UHGV virus genome: UHGV-0312702
Reading direction: 5' to 3' (one strand)
Length of the DNA: 64,000 bases
Source of the DNA: a virus
Shown here: one piece after another, positions 55,561 to 64,000 of the stretch
Layout: each line of letters opens with the position of its first letter
Numbering within the stretch: the first letter of the stretch is position 1
Translations under genes and position numbers: made by a program
The notes under the pieces: generated by a model
What the model was told of the DNA's origin: nothing
The model's input: the letters and a program-made list of their open reading frames with translations, nothing else
Databases searched by the model: none

Positions 55561-57115
55561 TTTATAAAATTTTATCGGTTGTCCCAACCTCTGGGTCACC
55601 ATCATATGTGAACAAAATATCTACCCTCTTAATAACCTTCTTAATCTTACTCTCTATATAGTTATATAGTACTATATAGTATCTTAGTACCTATCTAGTG
55701 GTTTTAATAGCCCCTCTGTATAGCCCTTCTAAACACTCTTCTAACAAGCCTTTTTAACAACCTATACAATCACCTTAACCACCTCTCTATACACTCTTAG
55801 AAGCTCCTATACACATCTTAATCTCTATGTCAGCTATGATACCCTCTATAGGTGTTCACTAGGTATTACTAAGCCTCTATATAGACTGTTTTAACAAACT
55901 TAACAGGAATATCTTCACAGACCTTATCTCACAAGGTCTAACACGGTACTAACAAGGTATCTTATAAGCCTGTTTCTACCTGTATTTTTAAAAGACTGTC
56001 TAGGTAATTATTCAGAATTTTAAAATTTTTATAAAATAGGACTATCAAGTCATTTTTTAGGGTCTTTGAAGGAACTGAAAAATATCTGTCTAGGATGTAT
56101 ATCTGCTTGGTAGCCCTTAACATCCCTGTAACATCCCCTTTGCAGAATTTTAAAATATCCTTAACAATCTCTTAACAGCTCTTACATCTTCTTAACATCT
56201 CTTCAGAGGTCTTAACAGATTCTTAACAGAACTAACAAGGATGTAACAAGTTCTTAACAGTCGATACATAGGCTTTACAGAGTCTTAACAGATGACTAAC
56301 AAGAGCTAACAAGTTAATTTTTAAGAGTTATTTTGTTAAGATAATTAACAAGTTTCTAACAAGTGTTTAATCTTTTTAACAAGCTATTAACATGGTCACT
56401 ACTCTTTTCTTATCGTTCCCTCTACCTTCTTAGTGATTCTCTAAACATACCTCTTAAAAGCTCTCTATAGCTACTTATAAGCCCTTTTAAGCCTCTTCCT
56501 AGTAACTACACCCCAACTATACAGACACCTATTTATAGAGCTTTACAGGAGCTTTTAAGGCTATGCCAAAGGTTCTTACAAGTCTTTTACGTGGTCTTAA
56601 CAGAGATTTAACAAGGGGCTAACAAGTTGCTAACAAGTGCCTTAAAAGCATAACTATGTAGGGATTGTTAAGAAATTGTTAAGAAAATGTTAAGGGGGCT
56701 AGCATTTACGTAACTTTATAGCCTCTTTTACGTAACTTTTAAGCTACTTCAGAGTAACTTTATAGCCCCTATAACATACTTTTTAGTGACTATCAAGGGG
56801 ATTGTTTAACTATTCACAAGATACTAACGAGATAATAAAGCTCATAACCTTATAAGATTCTTTTAAGCCTCTATAAAGCCCTGTAAAGAGCTTTTAAGGG
56901 TGAGTTAATGCAATCCCTTAAGTTAGATTGATAAGGCTGTTATAGCGCTTTATAGAGCGTTTAAACGGTTGCCCTTCCCTTTCGGGTTATGGGCTTATAT
57001 TTAAGTTGATTTGATAAGGGGCTATAGAGTAAGCTATAGAGTTATTACTTTTAAGGTATGAGATAGATTCTATCGAATCAGTGGGAAAGATTCTGGGAAG
57101 GGATTGGATAGACGT
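55561..57115. repeat. 1.6 kb noncoding iteron-rich region
   Basis: no ORF of 60 aa or more; dense short repeats (TCTTAACAG, CTAACAAG, TTGTTAAG inverted copies, TATAGCC/TTAAGCC families), densest approx 56150-56340 and 56590-56700. Confidence 0.6.
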
Positions 57116-57170
57116 AAAAAAGCCCCTATAAGAAGGAGCTTTTCAGGTATCTGGGGCTATTTAGCCCCGT
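57115..57170 (-). terminator. terminator hairpins after the small-gene array
   Basis: GGGGCT-AAAT-AGCCCC and downstream GGGGCT + TTTTTT on minus strand. Confidence 0.5.
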
Positions 57171-57178
57171 TGCGTCGA

Positions 57179-57427
57179 TTAGTTGTAACCTTGTTTGCTG
57201 TAGTATAGGGAGACGATTTTTTCTCCCCAGTAGTGGTAGTGATATTCCTCGTTTATGGCTTCTTTTACAGCATCCTTCCAAAAGTCATCGGTAGGGTTAT
57301 AATCTGGTAGCACCTGCTGAATCAGCATTTTGATAAGGTCAAAGGTGTTATCTGTGCCACCGATATCGAATTTTGCATCAAGTTCGTGGCAGCCATAAGC
57401 ATTAACAGTTACGCGGATAGTTGACAT
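57179..57427 (-). CDS. hypothetical small protein
   Basis: 82 aa behind conserved cassette. Confidence 0.5.
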   Translation of the reverse strand: MSTIRVTVNAYGCHELDAKFDIGGTDNTFDLIKMLIQQVLPDYNPTDDFWKDAVKEAINEEYHYHYWGEKIVSLYYSKQGYN

Positions 57428-57494
57428 AATTTAGATTCTCCAGTTTAGGACTTTATTTAGTGGGAAGGTTAATCCCTCCCCGTTGATTAGTAAT
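57428..57494 (-). promoter_or_regulatory. conserved upstream cassette, type B
   Basis: GGGGAGGG...CCCC hairpin, CACTAAAT box, GGAGA RBS. Confidence 0.55.
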
Positions 57495-57758
57495 TTACTG
57501 CATGTTGGCGTATGTTGCAAGCCTTTTTTCGTTGTATTTTGTCAGAATCTCACAAGATAAAACATCATATTTTGTAACCGCTTTGCCTTTGTCGAGGTCA
57601 AAGAATCCGAACGCTTTACCGTCTTTGAATCCGACAACCTCGTAAGACTCTTTGATGATTTCACCATTGAACAAATCACTTTCGATACGGTGGAATAGTG
57701 CTACATCCTCTTTGTCGGATGCAATTTGTAAAAGTGTGGTCAGTTCGACGTGTTCCAT
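57495..57758 (-). CDS. hypothetical small protein
   Basis: 87 aa behind cassette. Confidence 0.5.
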   Translation of the reverse strand: MEHVELTTLLQIASDKEDVALFHRIESDLFNGEIIKESYEVVGFKDGKAFGFFDLDKGKAVTKYDVLSCEILTKYNEKRLATYANMQ

Positions 57759-57819
57759 TTTGAATCTCCAGTTTAGGATTTTATTTAGTGGGGGAGGTCA
57801 TCCCCCGTTGATTGACAAT
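57759..57819 (-). promoter_or_regulatory. conserved upstream cassette, type B
   Basis: GGGGGATGACCTCCCCC hairpin + CACTAAAT + GGAGAT. Confidence 0.55.
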
Positions 57820-58350
57820 TTACAGATTTTTGATTGTCTCGTCAATATCTTTTTCAATATCTTTTAAAGTTTTTTCTAAGTTCTTGATATTAAACGTTAA
57901 ACCTTCACCGAGAGTCTTAGAATAACCGCTAGGACGTAAACCATATAGCTCGATTTCTTCCACTTCAAAGAGGTTAACAGTCCAACCGCCTACGCCATAG
58001 GCTGAAGCAACAGTATTTGCAGGTGCGTTGTAAAACTTGTTCAAATTATGAATAGAACGTTCATAAGCCATTTTATAGCTATTTAAAAGGTTTTTAACGT
58101 GGCTGTGAACGTTTTTACACTCATCTAAGTAAAGACCTAAAAACATCGGGAGAAGTTCCGCGACAGCTTGCATAAAGTGAGAGACTACCACGGTTGCAAC
58201 ATTACGACGATGAACGTAATAAGCCCCGTTTCCTGATTTGGTAATGGTTGCAAAGTGTACCCCATTACAACGGAATTCATAGGTATCTTTAACAGGCTTA
58301 GACATTACATTATTTGAACGAATATAGTTGATAGCTTTGAACTTGTTCAT
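57820..58350 (-). CDS. hypothetical protein
   Basis: 176 aa behind cassette. Confidence 0.5.
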   Translation of the reverse strand: MNKFKAINYIRSNNVMSKPVKDTYEFRCNGVHFATITKSGNGAYYVHRRNVATVVVSHFMQAVAELLPMFLGLYLDECKNVHSHVKNLLNSYKMAYERSIHNLNKFYNAPANTVASAYGVGGWTVNLFEVEEIELYGLRPSGYSKTLGEGLTFNIKNLEKTLKDIEKDIDETIKNL

Positions 58351-58430
58351 TTTAGAATCTCCTAGTTTAAGGACTTTATTTAGTGGGGAAGGTCATTCCC
58401 TCCCCGTTGATTAGTAATTTACTTGTTTTG
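58351..58430 (-). promoter_or_regulatory. conserved upstream cassette, type B
   Basis: GGGGAGGGAATGACCTTCCCC hairpin + CACTAAATAAAG + GGAGAT. Confidence 0.55.
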
Positions 58431-58573
58431 ATAGTTGATTGCAAGCAATTTTTTAAGTTTATCTATAAAGAATCTTTTAAGTAAATCCCTTTTAGATAAA
58501 CCCCCTCGAACAAATGTACTATTGTCAAGGGGTATCGTCAAGTAATTTTTTAAAGTTTTTTGTAAGTTATTGA

Positions 58574-58915
58574 TTAACTGATGAATATTTTTTCAGGTTT
58601 TACATAGCTGATACGCTGGCTTTTTAGCAGGTCATCCCAGATTAGCGCGGCAATATGAGAATAACCGGATTCACGTAAGAGCTTCATTGCTTTACTTCTC
58701 GTTTCAAAACGGCTTGCGTAGTACTCGCTATTCAGTGTCGTTTTATTCCCTTCGTTATCTGTATGGATGATTTGCATCACTTGAAAGGGGCTGACATCCT
58801 CGCCTTTGTTCCACTGCTCAAAGTATTTTAGGCACTGCATAGGTGACATCTTATCACTGACTTGAGTTGACCAAGATGAATCTTCTTTATTGGTAATTAC
58901 AGTTACATAAGCCAT
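58574..58915 (-). CDS. hypothetical protein
   Basis: start set at ATG after cassette RBS; track start 58981 reads through the cassette. Confidence 0.5.
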   Translation of the reverse strand: MAYVTVITNKEDSSWSTQVSDKMSPMQCLKYFEQWNKGEDVSPFQVMQIIHTDNEGNKTTLNSEYYASRFETRSKAMKLLRESGYSHIAALIWDDLLKSQRISYVKPEKIFIS

Positions 58916-58990
58916 TTTAGAATCTCCTAGTTTAAGGACTTTATTTAGTAGGGAGGTTATTGCCTCCCCGTTGATTGGCAATTTACAGAC
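58916..58990 (-). promoter_or_regulatory. conserved upstream cassette, type B
   Basis: GGGGAGGCAATAACCTCCC hairpin + CTAAATAAAG + GGAGAT. Confidence 0.55.
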
Positions 58991-59005
58991 TTTTATCAGG
59001 CTTGT

Positions 59006-59239
59006 CTAGTCTTTTTCAATGATAATTTCATATTGACCATCGACACTGTCAAAATAGACGCCGTCTTCATCTTCTGTCTTAAAGTAGCATTGAATATCAT
59101 CACTGGCGGGATAGTCTTGTCTTGCTATCTGGCAAACTTGAATAGCATTTTCTTTACTCCCTGTAAACTCCTCAAGCCCTTTAAAATCACATGAATGACC
59201 ATTACAAATAGAAAGGATAAGATAAACGGTTGTAAGCAT
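59006..59239 (-). CDS. small secreted Cys-containing protein
   Basis: hydrophobic N-terminus MLTTVYLILSICNG; no canonical cassette upstream. Confidence 0.45.
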   Translation of the reverse strand: MLTTVYLILSICNGHSCDFKGLEEFTGSKENAIQVCQIARQDYPASDDIQCYFKTEDEDGVYFDSVDGQYEIIIEKD

Positions 59240-59302
59240 GATTTAAGCCCTTTAAATGGCCCTGTATGGGCCTTAAGTTGGAAGTTGGTGTCTTTGTACT
59301 GA

Positions 59303-59866
59303 TTAACCTAAAAAGTCTTTTAAATTGCGCTCTGTGATGTTTGCCGTGATTTTATCCAGCAAGTCACAAAACACGGAACTATCACCGCTATTCTGTACAA
59401 TTTTCGCCATACTTAACAAATCATCGTCAACATAGCCTAAATTGCGGTTAGTTGCATCTGGTACAAAGAAAGGTGCATACATCGCACTAAATTTCGTCGA
59501 GTGAAGGCCAATAATCCAATTTTTATCAAAGTGTCCGGTAAAGCTGGCGATATCGCTCATGTTGTCACAAGAATAATCATCCTCTAGCTCTTCCTCTGGG
59601 ATATCCATCTCAATGACAATTACGTCCTGCGTTTCCATTTGGAAAGCTGCCGTAATAAGCCCAGATTCTAAAGCGTTTTGAATGCAGCGTTCACGAATGT
59701 AAGAATCTTCCTCATCTTCCAGACATTCCGTTTTGATAATCTTGTTCATTGGGTAAACGTAGAAACAATCATCCATGTAGGAGCAGTTCCAGATTCCTTC
59801 TGGCTTGTCACCACCATTCAGCAAGTTTACAAAGTTTTTGAGGGTAGTGCCGTGATAGCATTTCAT
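59303..59866 (-). CDS. hypothetical protein, possible H-Y-E type ADP-ribosyltransferase
   Basis: N-terminal CYHGT motif followed by YVY; weak motif-level evidence only. Confidence 0.3.
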   Translation of the reverse strand: MKCYHGTTLKNFVNLLNGGDKPEGIWNCSYMDDCFYVYPMNKIIKTECLEDEEDSYIRERCIQNALESGLITAAFQMETQDVIVIEMDIPEEELEDDYSCDNMSDIASFTGHFDKNWIIGLHSTKFSAMYAPFFVPDATNRNLGYVDDDLLSMAKIVQNSGDSSVFCDLLDKITANITERNLKDFLG

Positions 59867-59951
59867 TTTTGAATCTCCAGTTTAGGATTTAGTGGTAAAG
59901 CTCTTTATCTGGGGCTTAAGATATCAACTTTTAAGCCCCCTGTAAAGTACT
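59867..59951 (-). promoter_or_regulatory. conserved upstream cassette, type A
   Basis: GGGGCTTAA-aagttgatatc-TTAAGCCCC hairpin + CCACTAAATCCTAAACTGGAGAT. Confidence 0.55.
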
Positions 59952-60200
59952 TTATTTAACTTTCTTTGAGAAAATTAGTTTAACTGCAACCGTAGGAATC
60001 TCGTCAGCGCTTGTAACCAGCATTACTTTTTGGGTAACCAACTTATAACCGTTCTTTGCAGCATATGCGGTAAAACGGTTAACATTGTAACTATAAGTTT
60101 TTGGTGTGCTATCTGGCATGTGGTAAAGAAAAGGTTTACCCAAATTTTCTTCTTGTGTCAACAGTCGGCAGGTATCAGGGATATTGAAATAGTTCATCAT
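59952..60200 (-). CDS. hypothetical small protein
   Basis: 82 aa behind cassette. Confidence 0.5.
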   Translation of the reverse strand: MMNYFNIPDTCRLLTQEENLGKPFLYHMPDSTPKTYSYNVNRFTAYAAKNGYKLVTQKVMLVTSADEIPTVAVKLIFSKKVK

Positions 60201-60292
60201 TTTTGAATCTCCAGTTTAGGATTTAGTGGTAAAGCTCTTTATCTGGGGCTTAAGATATCAACTTTTAAGCCCCCTGTAAAGTACTTTATCAG
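60201..60292 (-). promoter_or_regulatory. conserved upstream cassette, type A
   Basis: identical to 59867-59951 element. Confidence 0.55.
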
Positions 60293-60490
60293 TTATTTTT
60301 TGACAACTTTTAAAACTGCAAGATAACCTAAGCAATAAGAATCACCGAAGAGAGTTCTGCCCATGAAAGAATCCTCTTTGATATCCTTTGCAGTGACAGT
60401 TTTTTCTACGCCGTGGGAAAGGACTACATCACCGACTTTGATGTCTTTGATGTGTGTTGTTTCAATGGTTAAGCCGTTAATAATAGCCAT
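60293..60490 (-). CDS. hypothetical small protein
   Basis: 65 aa behind cassette. Confidence 0.5.
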   Translation of the reverse strand: MAIINGLTIETTHIKDIKVGDVVLSHGVEKTVTAKDIKEDSFMGRTLFGDSYCLGYLAVLKVVKK

Positions 60491-60593
60491 TTTAAAATCT
60501 CCTAGTTTAAGGACTTTATTTAGTGGGGAAGGTCATTCCCTCCCCGTTGATGTGTAATTTAGCCTATCTAAAAATCAGTGTCAATAATTTTTT
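60491..60593 (-). promoter_or_regulatory. conserved upstream cassette, type B, with extension
   Basis: type B hairpin plus GATGTGTAATTTAGCCTATCTAAAAATCAGTGTCAA block repeated at 61542-61630. Confidence 0.55.
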
Positions 60594-60998
60594 TTAGAGT
60601 TCTGCGTAAATTGCATCACAGATATTACGGAAGTCATGATTTGACAAATTACGTTGTAACCAAGTGGCGAAGAAATCAGCGATTGCAAAATTAGCATCAT
60701 ACTCGACAGATAGCCACACTTTAACAGCAAATCGGAACATTTTCAAGTCTAACTCTTTATTCATTACCTTAGATTTGCCTAACATGTCGGACATCTCATA
60801 TTGTGCACCGTCTAGCGTGATACCTGCTGCAACGTCAGACAATGAGTTTTTTACGTTTTCAACGTCTAAGATAACACTTTGAATCTTCCCGATAATGTTG
60901 TGCAATGTTTCATCCGGTGCTGATGATGTAATAACATTAATCCGGTTAACGGTCAAACGTGCTTTTAAAATTGATAACTCACGGTTATTAATAGCCAT
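60594..60998 (-). CDS. hypothetical protein
   Basis: 134 aa behind cassette. Confidence 0.5.
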   Translation of the reverse strand: MAINNRELSILKARLTVNRINVITSSAPDETLHNIIGKIQSVILDVENVKNSLSDVAAGITLDGAQYEMSDMLGKSKVMNKELDLKMFRFAVKVWLSVEYDANFAIADFFATWLQRNLSNHDFRNICDAIYAEL

Positions 60999-61084
60999 TT
61001 TTTAGTTCTCCAATTTAGGATTTAGTGGTAAAGCTCTTTATCTGGGGCTTACTTTATCGAACTATAAGCCCCTTGTAAAGTACT
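60999..61084 (-). promoter_or_regulatory. conserved upstream cassette, type A variant
   Basis: stem GGGGCTTA/TAAGCCCC kept, loop sequence differs. Confidence 0.5.
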
Positions 61085-61357
61085 TTATACTAAATGCAGC
61101 TTTTTACCTTTTACTATGATGTAACTAGATGCGCTATTGCTGCATACATCTTGGTAAATTCTGCGCAAACGCCCTTCATAGTGTACTTTCCAACTGGTTG
61201 GAATCTTTTTCCCGTATCCTGTAGCAGTTTTTTGGAGTCCTGCAACTTGCCAATCCAAAATGTGCTGTTCAGCTTGTAAATCCTCGAAGTGCATTACACC
61301 GTTCACATAGTGGCGTAGGGTTACGTTTAAAGTGCGACCGTTGTTAGTAGTGTACAT
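61085..61357 (-). CDS. hypothetical protein
   Basis: start set at ATG 61357 (MYTTNNGR) behind RBS AAGAG. Confidence 0.45.
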   Translation of the reverse strand: MYTTNNGRTLNVTLRHYVNGVMHFEDLQAEQHILDWQVAGLQKTATGYGKKIPTSWKVHYEGRLRRIYQDVCSNSASSYIIVKGKKLHLV

Positions 61358-61382
61358 TTTAAAAGCTCTTAGTTTAAGGGTT

Positions 61383-61541
61383 TTATTTTGACAGTTCACT
61401 AATTAAGACATCAAAGATTATATCATTATCTGCTACAGTTGCAACACCAGTGATATAATCAATTTCTAGGATAACAACAACTTTCGTACATAAACCGTCA
61501 TCTATATCATTCCAGACAACTTTATCACCTGCACAAAACAT
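61383..61541 (-). CDS. small hypothetical protein (52 aa)
   Basis: ORF below track cutoff, preceded by canonical cassette and GGAGAT RBS. Confidence 0.45.
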   Translation of the reverse strand: MFCAGDKVVWNDIDDGLCTKVVVILEIDYITGVATVADNDIIFDVLISELSK

Positions 61542-61630
61542 TTTCAGAATCTCCAGTTTAGGACTTTATTTAGTGGGGAAGGTCATTCCCTCCCCGTTGA
61601 TGTGTAATTTAGCCTATCTAAAAATCAGTG
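61542..61630 (-). promoter_or_regulatory. conserved upstream cassette, type B, with extension
   Basis: near-identical to 60491-60593. Confidence 0.55.
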
Positions 61631-61963
61631 TCAAACACTTTGTTTTCGTTTGCTCAATTCTTGAACAATTACAGCGTAGTAGTCTTTTAAGTCACTGATA
61701 TTTAAAGCATTTATTAGTGAATTATAATCATCGACTAACTGAAAATCATCTTTGAAGATGTCACTTATCTGATAGGTGTTAGCTTTGTATCTGAAGCTCA
61801 TTTCTAACCGTTTTATTTGTTCATCACTTAAACGCTCCAGAAAACTCATTACAAGGCTATTATTGACCTGTTGCGTGATTGCCTTACTTGCCAGATTGTA
61901 GGCGCTGTACGCCTTATATAGCGCCATAATAGCAATGATTGCAGTGACTCCCATCATTAACAT
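61631..61963 (-). CDS. small membrane protein
   Basis: N-terminal TM MLMMGVTAIIAIMALY; coupled to upstream gene, no cassette. Confidence 0.5.
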   Translation of the reverse strand: MLMMGVTAIIAIMALYKAYSAYNLASKAITQQVNNSLVMSFLERLSDEQIKRLEMSFRYKANTYQISDIFKDDFQLVDDYNSLINALNISDLKDYYAVIVQELSKRKQSV

Positions 61964-62253
61964 GGTGTTACCTCTTTACGTGACACTTTGCCATTTACAG
62001 ATATCTCATAAGATTCTAATAAATCACTTTTAGACTTTACTGGACTTTTAAAAGTATCATCATAAATATTAACTTGCAATACAGGTTTTTTATACTCCCT
62101 GCAACTGTTCCATAAACAAATCACTACACGACGGCCTTTTATTTTGCCGTGTAACCATTCCATAACATCATGACTATTCCTTGATGTTTCAATGAAATCA
62201 ATTTTATTAAGTAACTTGCTTAGATTTTCACGAACTTTATTTGATAATTTCAT
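61957..62253 (-). CDS. hypothetical small protein
   Basis: 98 aa behind cassette. Confidence 0.5.
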   Translation of the reverse strand: MKLSNKVRENLSKLLNKIDFIETSRNSHDVMEWLHGKIKGRRVVICLWNSCREYKKPVLQVNIYDDTFKSPVKSKSDLLESYEISVNGKVSRKEVTPC

Positions 62254-62346
62254 TTTAGAATCTCCTAGTTTAAGGGCTTTATTTTGATAAATCTTTTTAT
62301 CTGGGGCTATCCTACCAGCTTGATAACCCCGTGTAAAGAAATCTAT
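62254..62346 (-). promoter_or_regulatory. conserved upstream cassette, type A variant
   Basis: GGGGTTATCAAGCTGGTAGGATAGCCCC hairpin variant + RBS. Confidence 0.5.
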
Positions 62347-62859
62347 TTAGTTCTTAAAGATATTCATCACTGAGTCTTTCAACGATTCCAAACGTTCTAA
62401 TACTTCAGTTTCTGCGTCTGAATTGCTCACCTCTTCTTTTAGTCTATCCTCTAAATCATCACCGTCACGATAGCACCAATCGAAAGCATAACCAAGATAA
62501 AAACTTTCTAAAACCGTGTTACCGTTTGCATCCACAACTTTCGCGGCAAGGTTGTACTCTGAAGCCTCTAAATCTCTTTCTAGTTCTTTCTGTAAGCTGG
62601 TGTAAGCCTCTTTTGATGGATTTTCCCGACCTTGTTTTGCATAGTCACTAGAAAGCTGTTTAAGGCTGTAATGTAAAGGGATTGCATATTTAAACTCATT
62701 ATGCTGATGGTTAGGATTTTTAATAGTTACACCGCCTTGATGGTCATCTGTAAACTGCCAATTATCAAGGTTATGGCTTGCTTCAAAGCAATTAACAGCC
62801 TCATAGATGATAGAAAATTTTTCTTTTACAACTTCAAAGGTAGCGTCTACAGTTTTCAT
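62347..62859 (-). CDS. hypothetical protein
   Basis: 170 aa behind cassette. Confidence 0.5.
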   Translation of the reverse strand: MKTVDATFEVVKEKFSIIYEAVNCFEASHNLDNWQFTDDHQGGVTIKNPNHQHNEFKYAIPLHYSLKQLSSDYAKQGRENPSKEAYTSLQKELERDLEASEYNLAAKVVDANGNTVLESFYLGYAFDWCYRDGDDLEDRLKEEVSNSDAETEVLERLESLKDSVMNIFKN

Positions 62860-62947
62860 TTTTGAATCTCCAGTTTAGGATTTAGTGGTAAAGCTCTTTA
62901 TCTGGGGCTTAAGATATCAACTTTTAAGCCCCCTGTAAAGTACTTTA
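62860..62947 (-). promoter_or_regulatory. conserved upstream cassette, type A
   Basis: identical to 59867-59951 element. Confidence 0.55.
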
Positions 62948-63205
62948 TCAGATTAAATTGCCAGTTAATGATAAGTGCATTTTATAGCCTTTTTTGGTAA
63001 AAACGTTCACTTTACCTAGTGTTTTTACACCTTTAAAAAGGTTGTTTGAACTGCGTTTTAAAGTTAACTGCTTATCAACCTTCACGCCCCACCTTACAGC
63101 AGATTGTTTCCCGTTGTCAATCACTTTACCGCATAACTTTTTAGCCATGTTGCGAGCGTCATCACGAGTCTTTGCAGTAATTACAACGTTTTTGATAATA
63201 GCCAT
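62948..63205 (-). CDS. hypothetical small basic protein
   Basis: start set at ATG 63205 (MAIIKN) behind cassette RBS. Confidence 0.45.
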   Translation of the reverse strand: MAIIKNVVITAKTRDDARNMAKKLCGKVIDNGKQSAVRWGVKVDKQLTLKRSSNNLFKGVKTLGKVNVFTKKGYKMHLSLTGNLI

Positions 63206-63291
63206 TTTTAAGTTCTCCAATTTAGGATTGAGTGGTAAAGTTCTTTATCTGGGGCTTACTTTATCGAACTATAAGCCCCTTGTAAAGTACT
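63206..63291 (-). promoter_or_regulatory. conserved upstream cassette, type A variant
   Basis: same variant as 60999-61084. Confidence 0.5.
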
Positions 63292-63672
63292 TTATTTAAT
63301 TTTGAAAATTGTTACATAACCATCACTACCGATTATTTGAGACACTCCAGCTTTTTCTACTTGATAGCCCATATTTTCAAGATGATAAACAGCATCATCA
63401 TAACCATATGCGCCGCCTTGATAACGTCTCTTATCACATCTTACTAATACCTTTCCACGTCCAGCAAGTGCATTCAGTACAGCTTTTTCACTTGAGAGTG
63501 TGCCATCTAACATGGTTGCCGTGTAATGGTTGATTCTATTCCCGTTAATATCATACTTAAAATTGAATGCGTGAACAACAATCAATTTGCCGTTAAATTT
63601 TTCATCAAGTGACTTCTCCAGTGCGTTGCGGAAGTTGTCTTTGTTGATGAATTTTGGTGCACGATAAGCCAT
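63292..63672 (-). CDS. hypothetical protein
   Basis: 126 aa behind cassette. Confidence 0.5.
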   Translation of the reverse strand: MAYRAPKFINKDNFRNALEKSLDEKFNGKLIVVHAFNFKYDINGNRINHYTATMLDGTLSSEKAVLNALAGRGKVLVRCDKRRYQGGAYGYDDAVYHLENMGYQVEKAGVSQIIGSDGYVTIFKIK

Positions 63673-63761
63673 TTTGAATCTCCTAGTTTAAGGGTTAATT
63701 TAGTAAAGCTCTTTATCTGGGGCTTAAGATATCAGCTTTTAAGCCCCCTGTAAAGTACTTT
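63673..63761 (-). promoter_or_regulatory. conserved upstream cassette, type A
   Basis: GGGGCTTAAAAGCTGATATCTTAAGCCCC hairpin + RBS. Confidence 0.55.
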
Positions 63762-63968
63762 TTATTTATCGTAGTAGTAAATTGCTGTCTGTCTTGTAAA
63801 CTTCTTAGTGTTTATTGTAAGGTAGCAATTAGAATTAATAGCCGTTTCTACATAGTTGCAATAGTCAGCTTCTGAAATTCTACGCCATGCGCCGCACACT
63901 TGCATGTAAAAACGTTTTACATTTGTATTAACGTTGGTTGTAACCATCAATTCACGACTGTAAAGCAT
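63762..63968 (-). CDS. hypothetical small protein
   Basis: 68 aa behind cassette; next cassette truncated by window end. Confidence 0.45.
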   Translation of the reverse strand: MLYSRELMVTTNVNTNVKRFYMQVCGAWRRISEADYCNYVETAINSNCYLTINTKKFTRQTAIYYYDK

Positions 63969-64000
63969 TTTTGATTCTCCAGTTTAGGAAGTGGGCTTGA

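Noticed and set aside
57428-64000. CRISPR array hypothesis for the regularly spaced repeats
   Set aside because: Repeats are 60-100 bp, sit on the coding strand's 5' side of genes and carry an RBS; the intervening 200-560 bp segments are ORFs, not spacers; no cas genes.

Overview
AT-rich ~64 kb segment of a large virulent tailed-phage genome (no integrase seen). Read left to right: (1) replication/nucleotide-metabolism genes on both strands (primase-helicase, dNMP-kinase-like, family A DNA polymerase, ATP-dependent DNA ligase, DHFR, thymidylate synthase); (2) a long minus-strand late operon with a contractile-tail (myovirus) layout: large terminase, portal, S49 protease/scaffold, capsid, sheath, tube, chaperones, tape measure, baseplate, two tail fibres; (3) a ~5.6 kb minus-strand cluster of about 27 tRNA genes with structured spacers and an HNH endonuclease; (4) immediately upstream, a Ro60/Rsr-like (TROVE + vWA) protein, with four paralogous candidate Y-RNA-like ncRNAs inside the tRNA cluster; this is the most interesting signal; (5) a plus-strand block with an Ig-like repeat protein and a T4-lysozyme-like endolysin; (6) a 1.6 kb iteron-rich noncoding region; (7) an array of small minus-strand ORFs, most preceded by a conserved hairpin + RBS cassette. 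All calls come from manual reading of the sequence and ORF track; no searches or folding programs were run, tRNA anticodons were assigned by hand, and coordinates of small motifs are approximate (a few nt).
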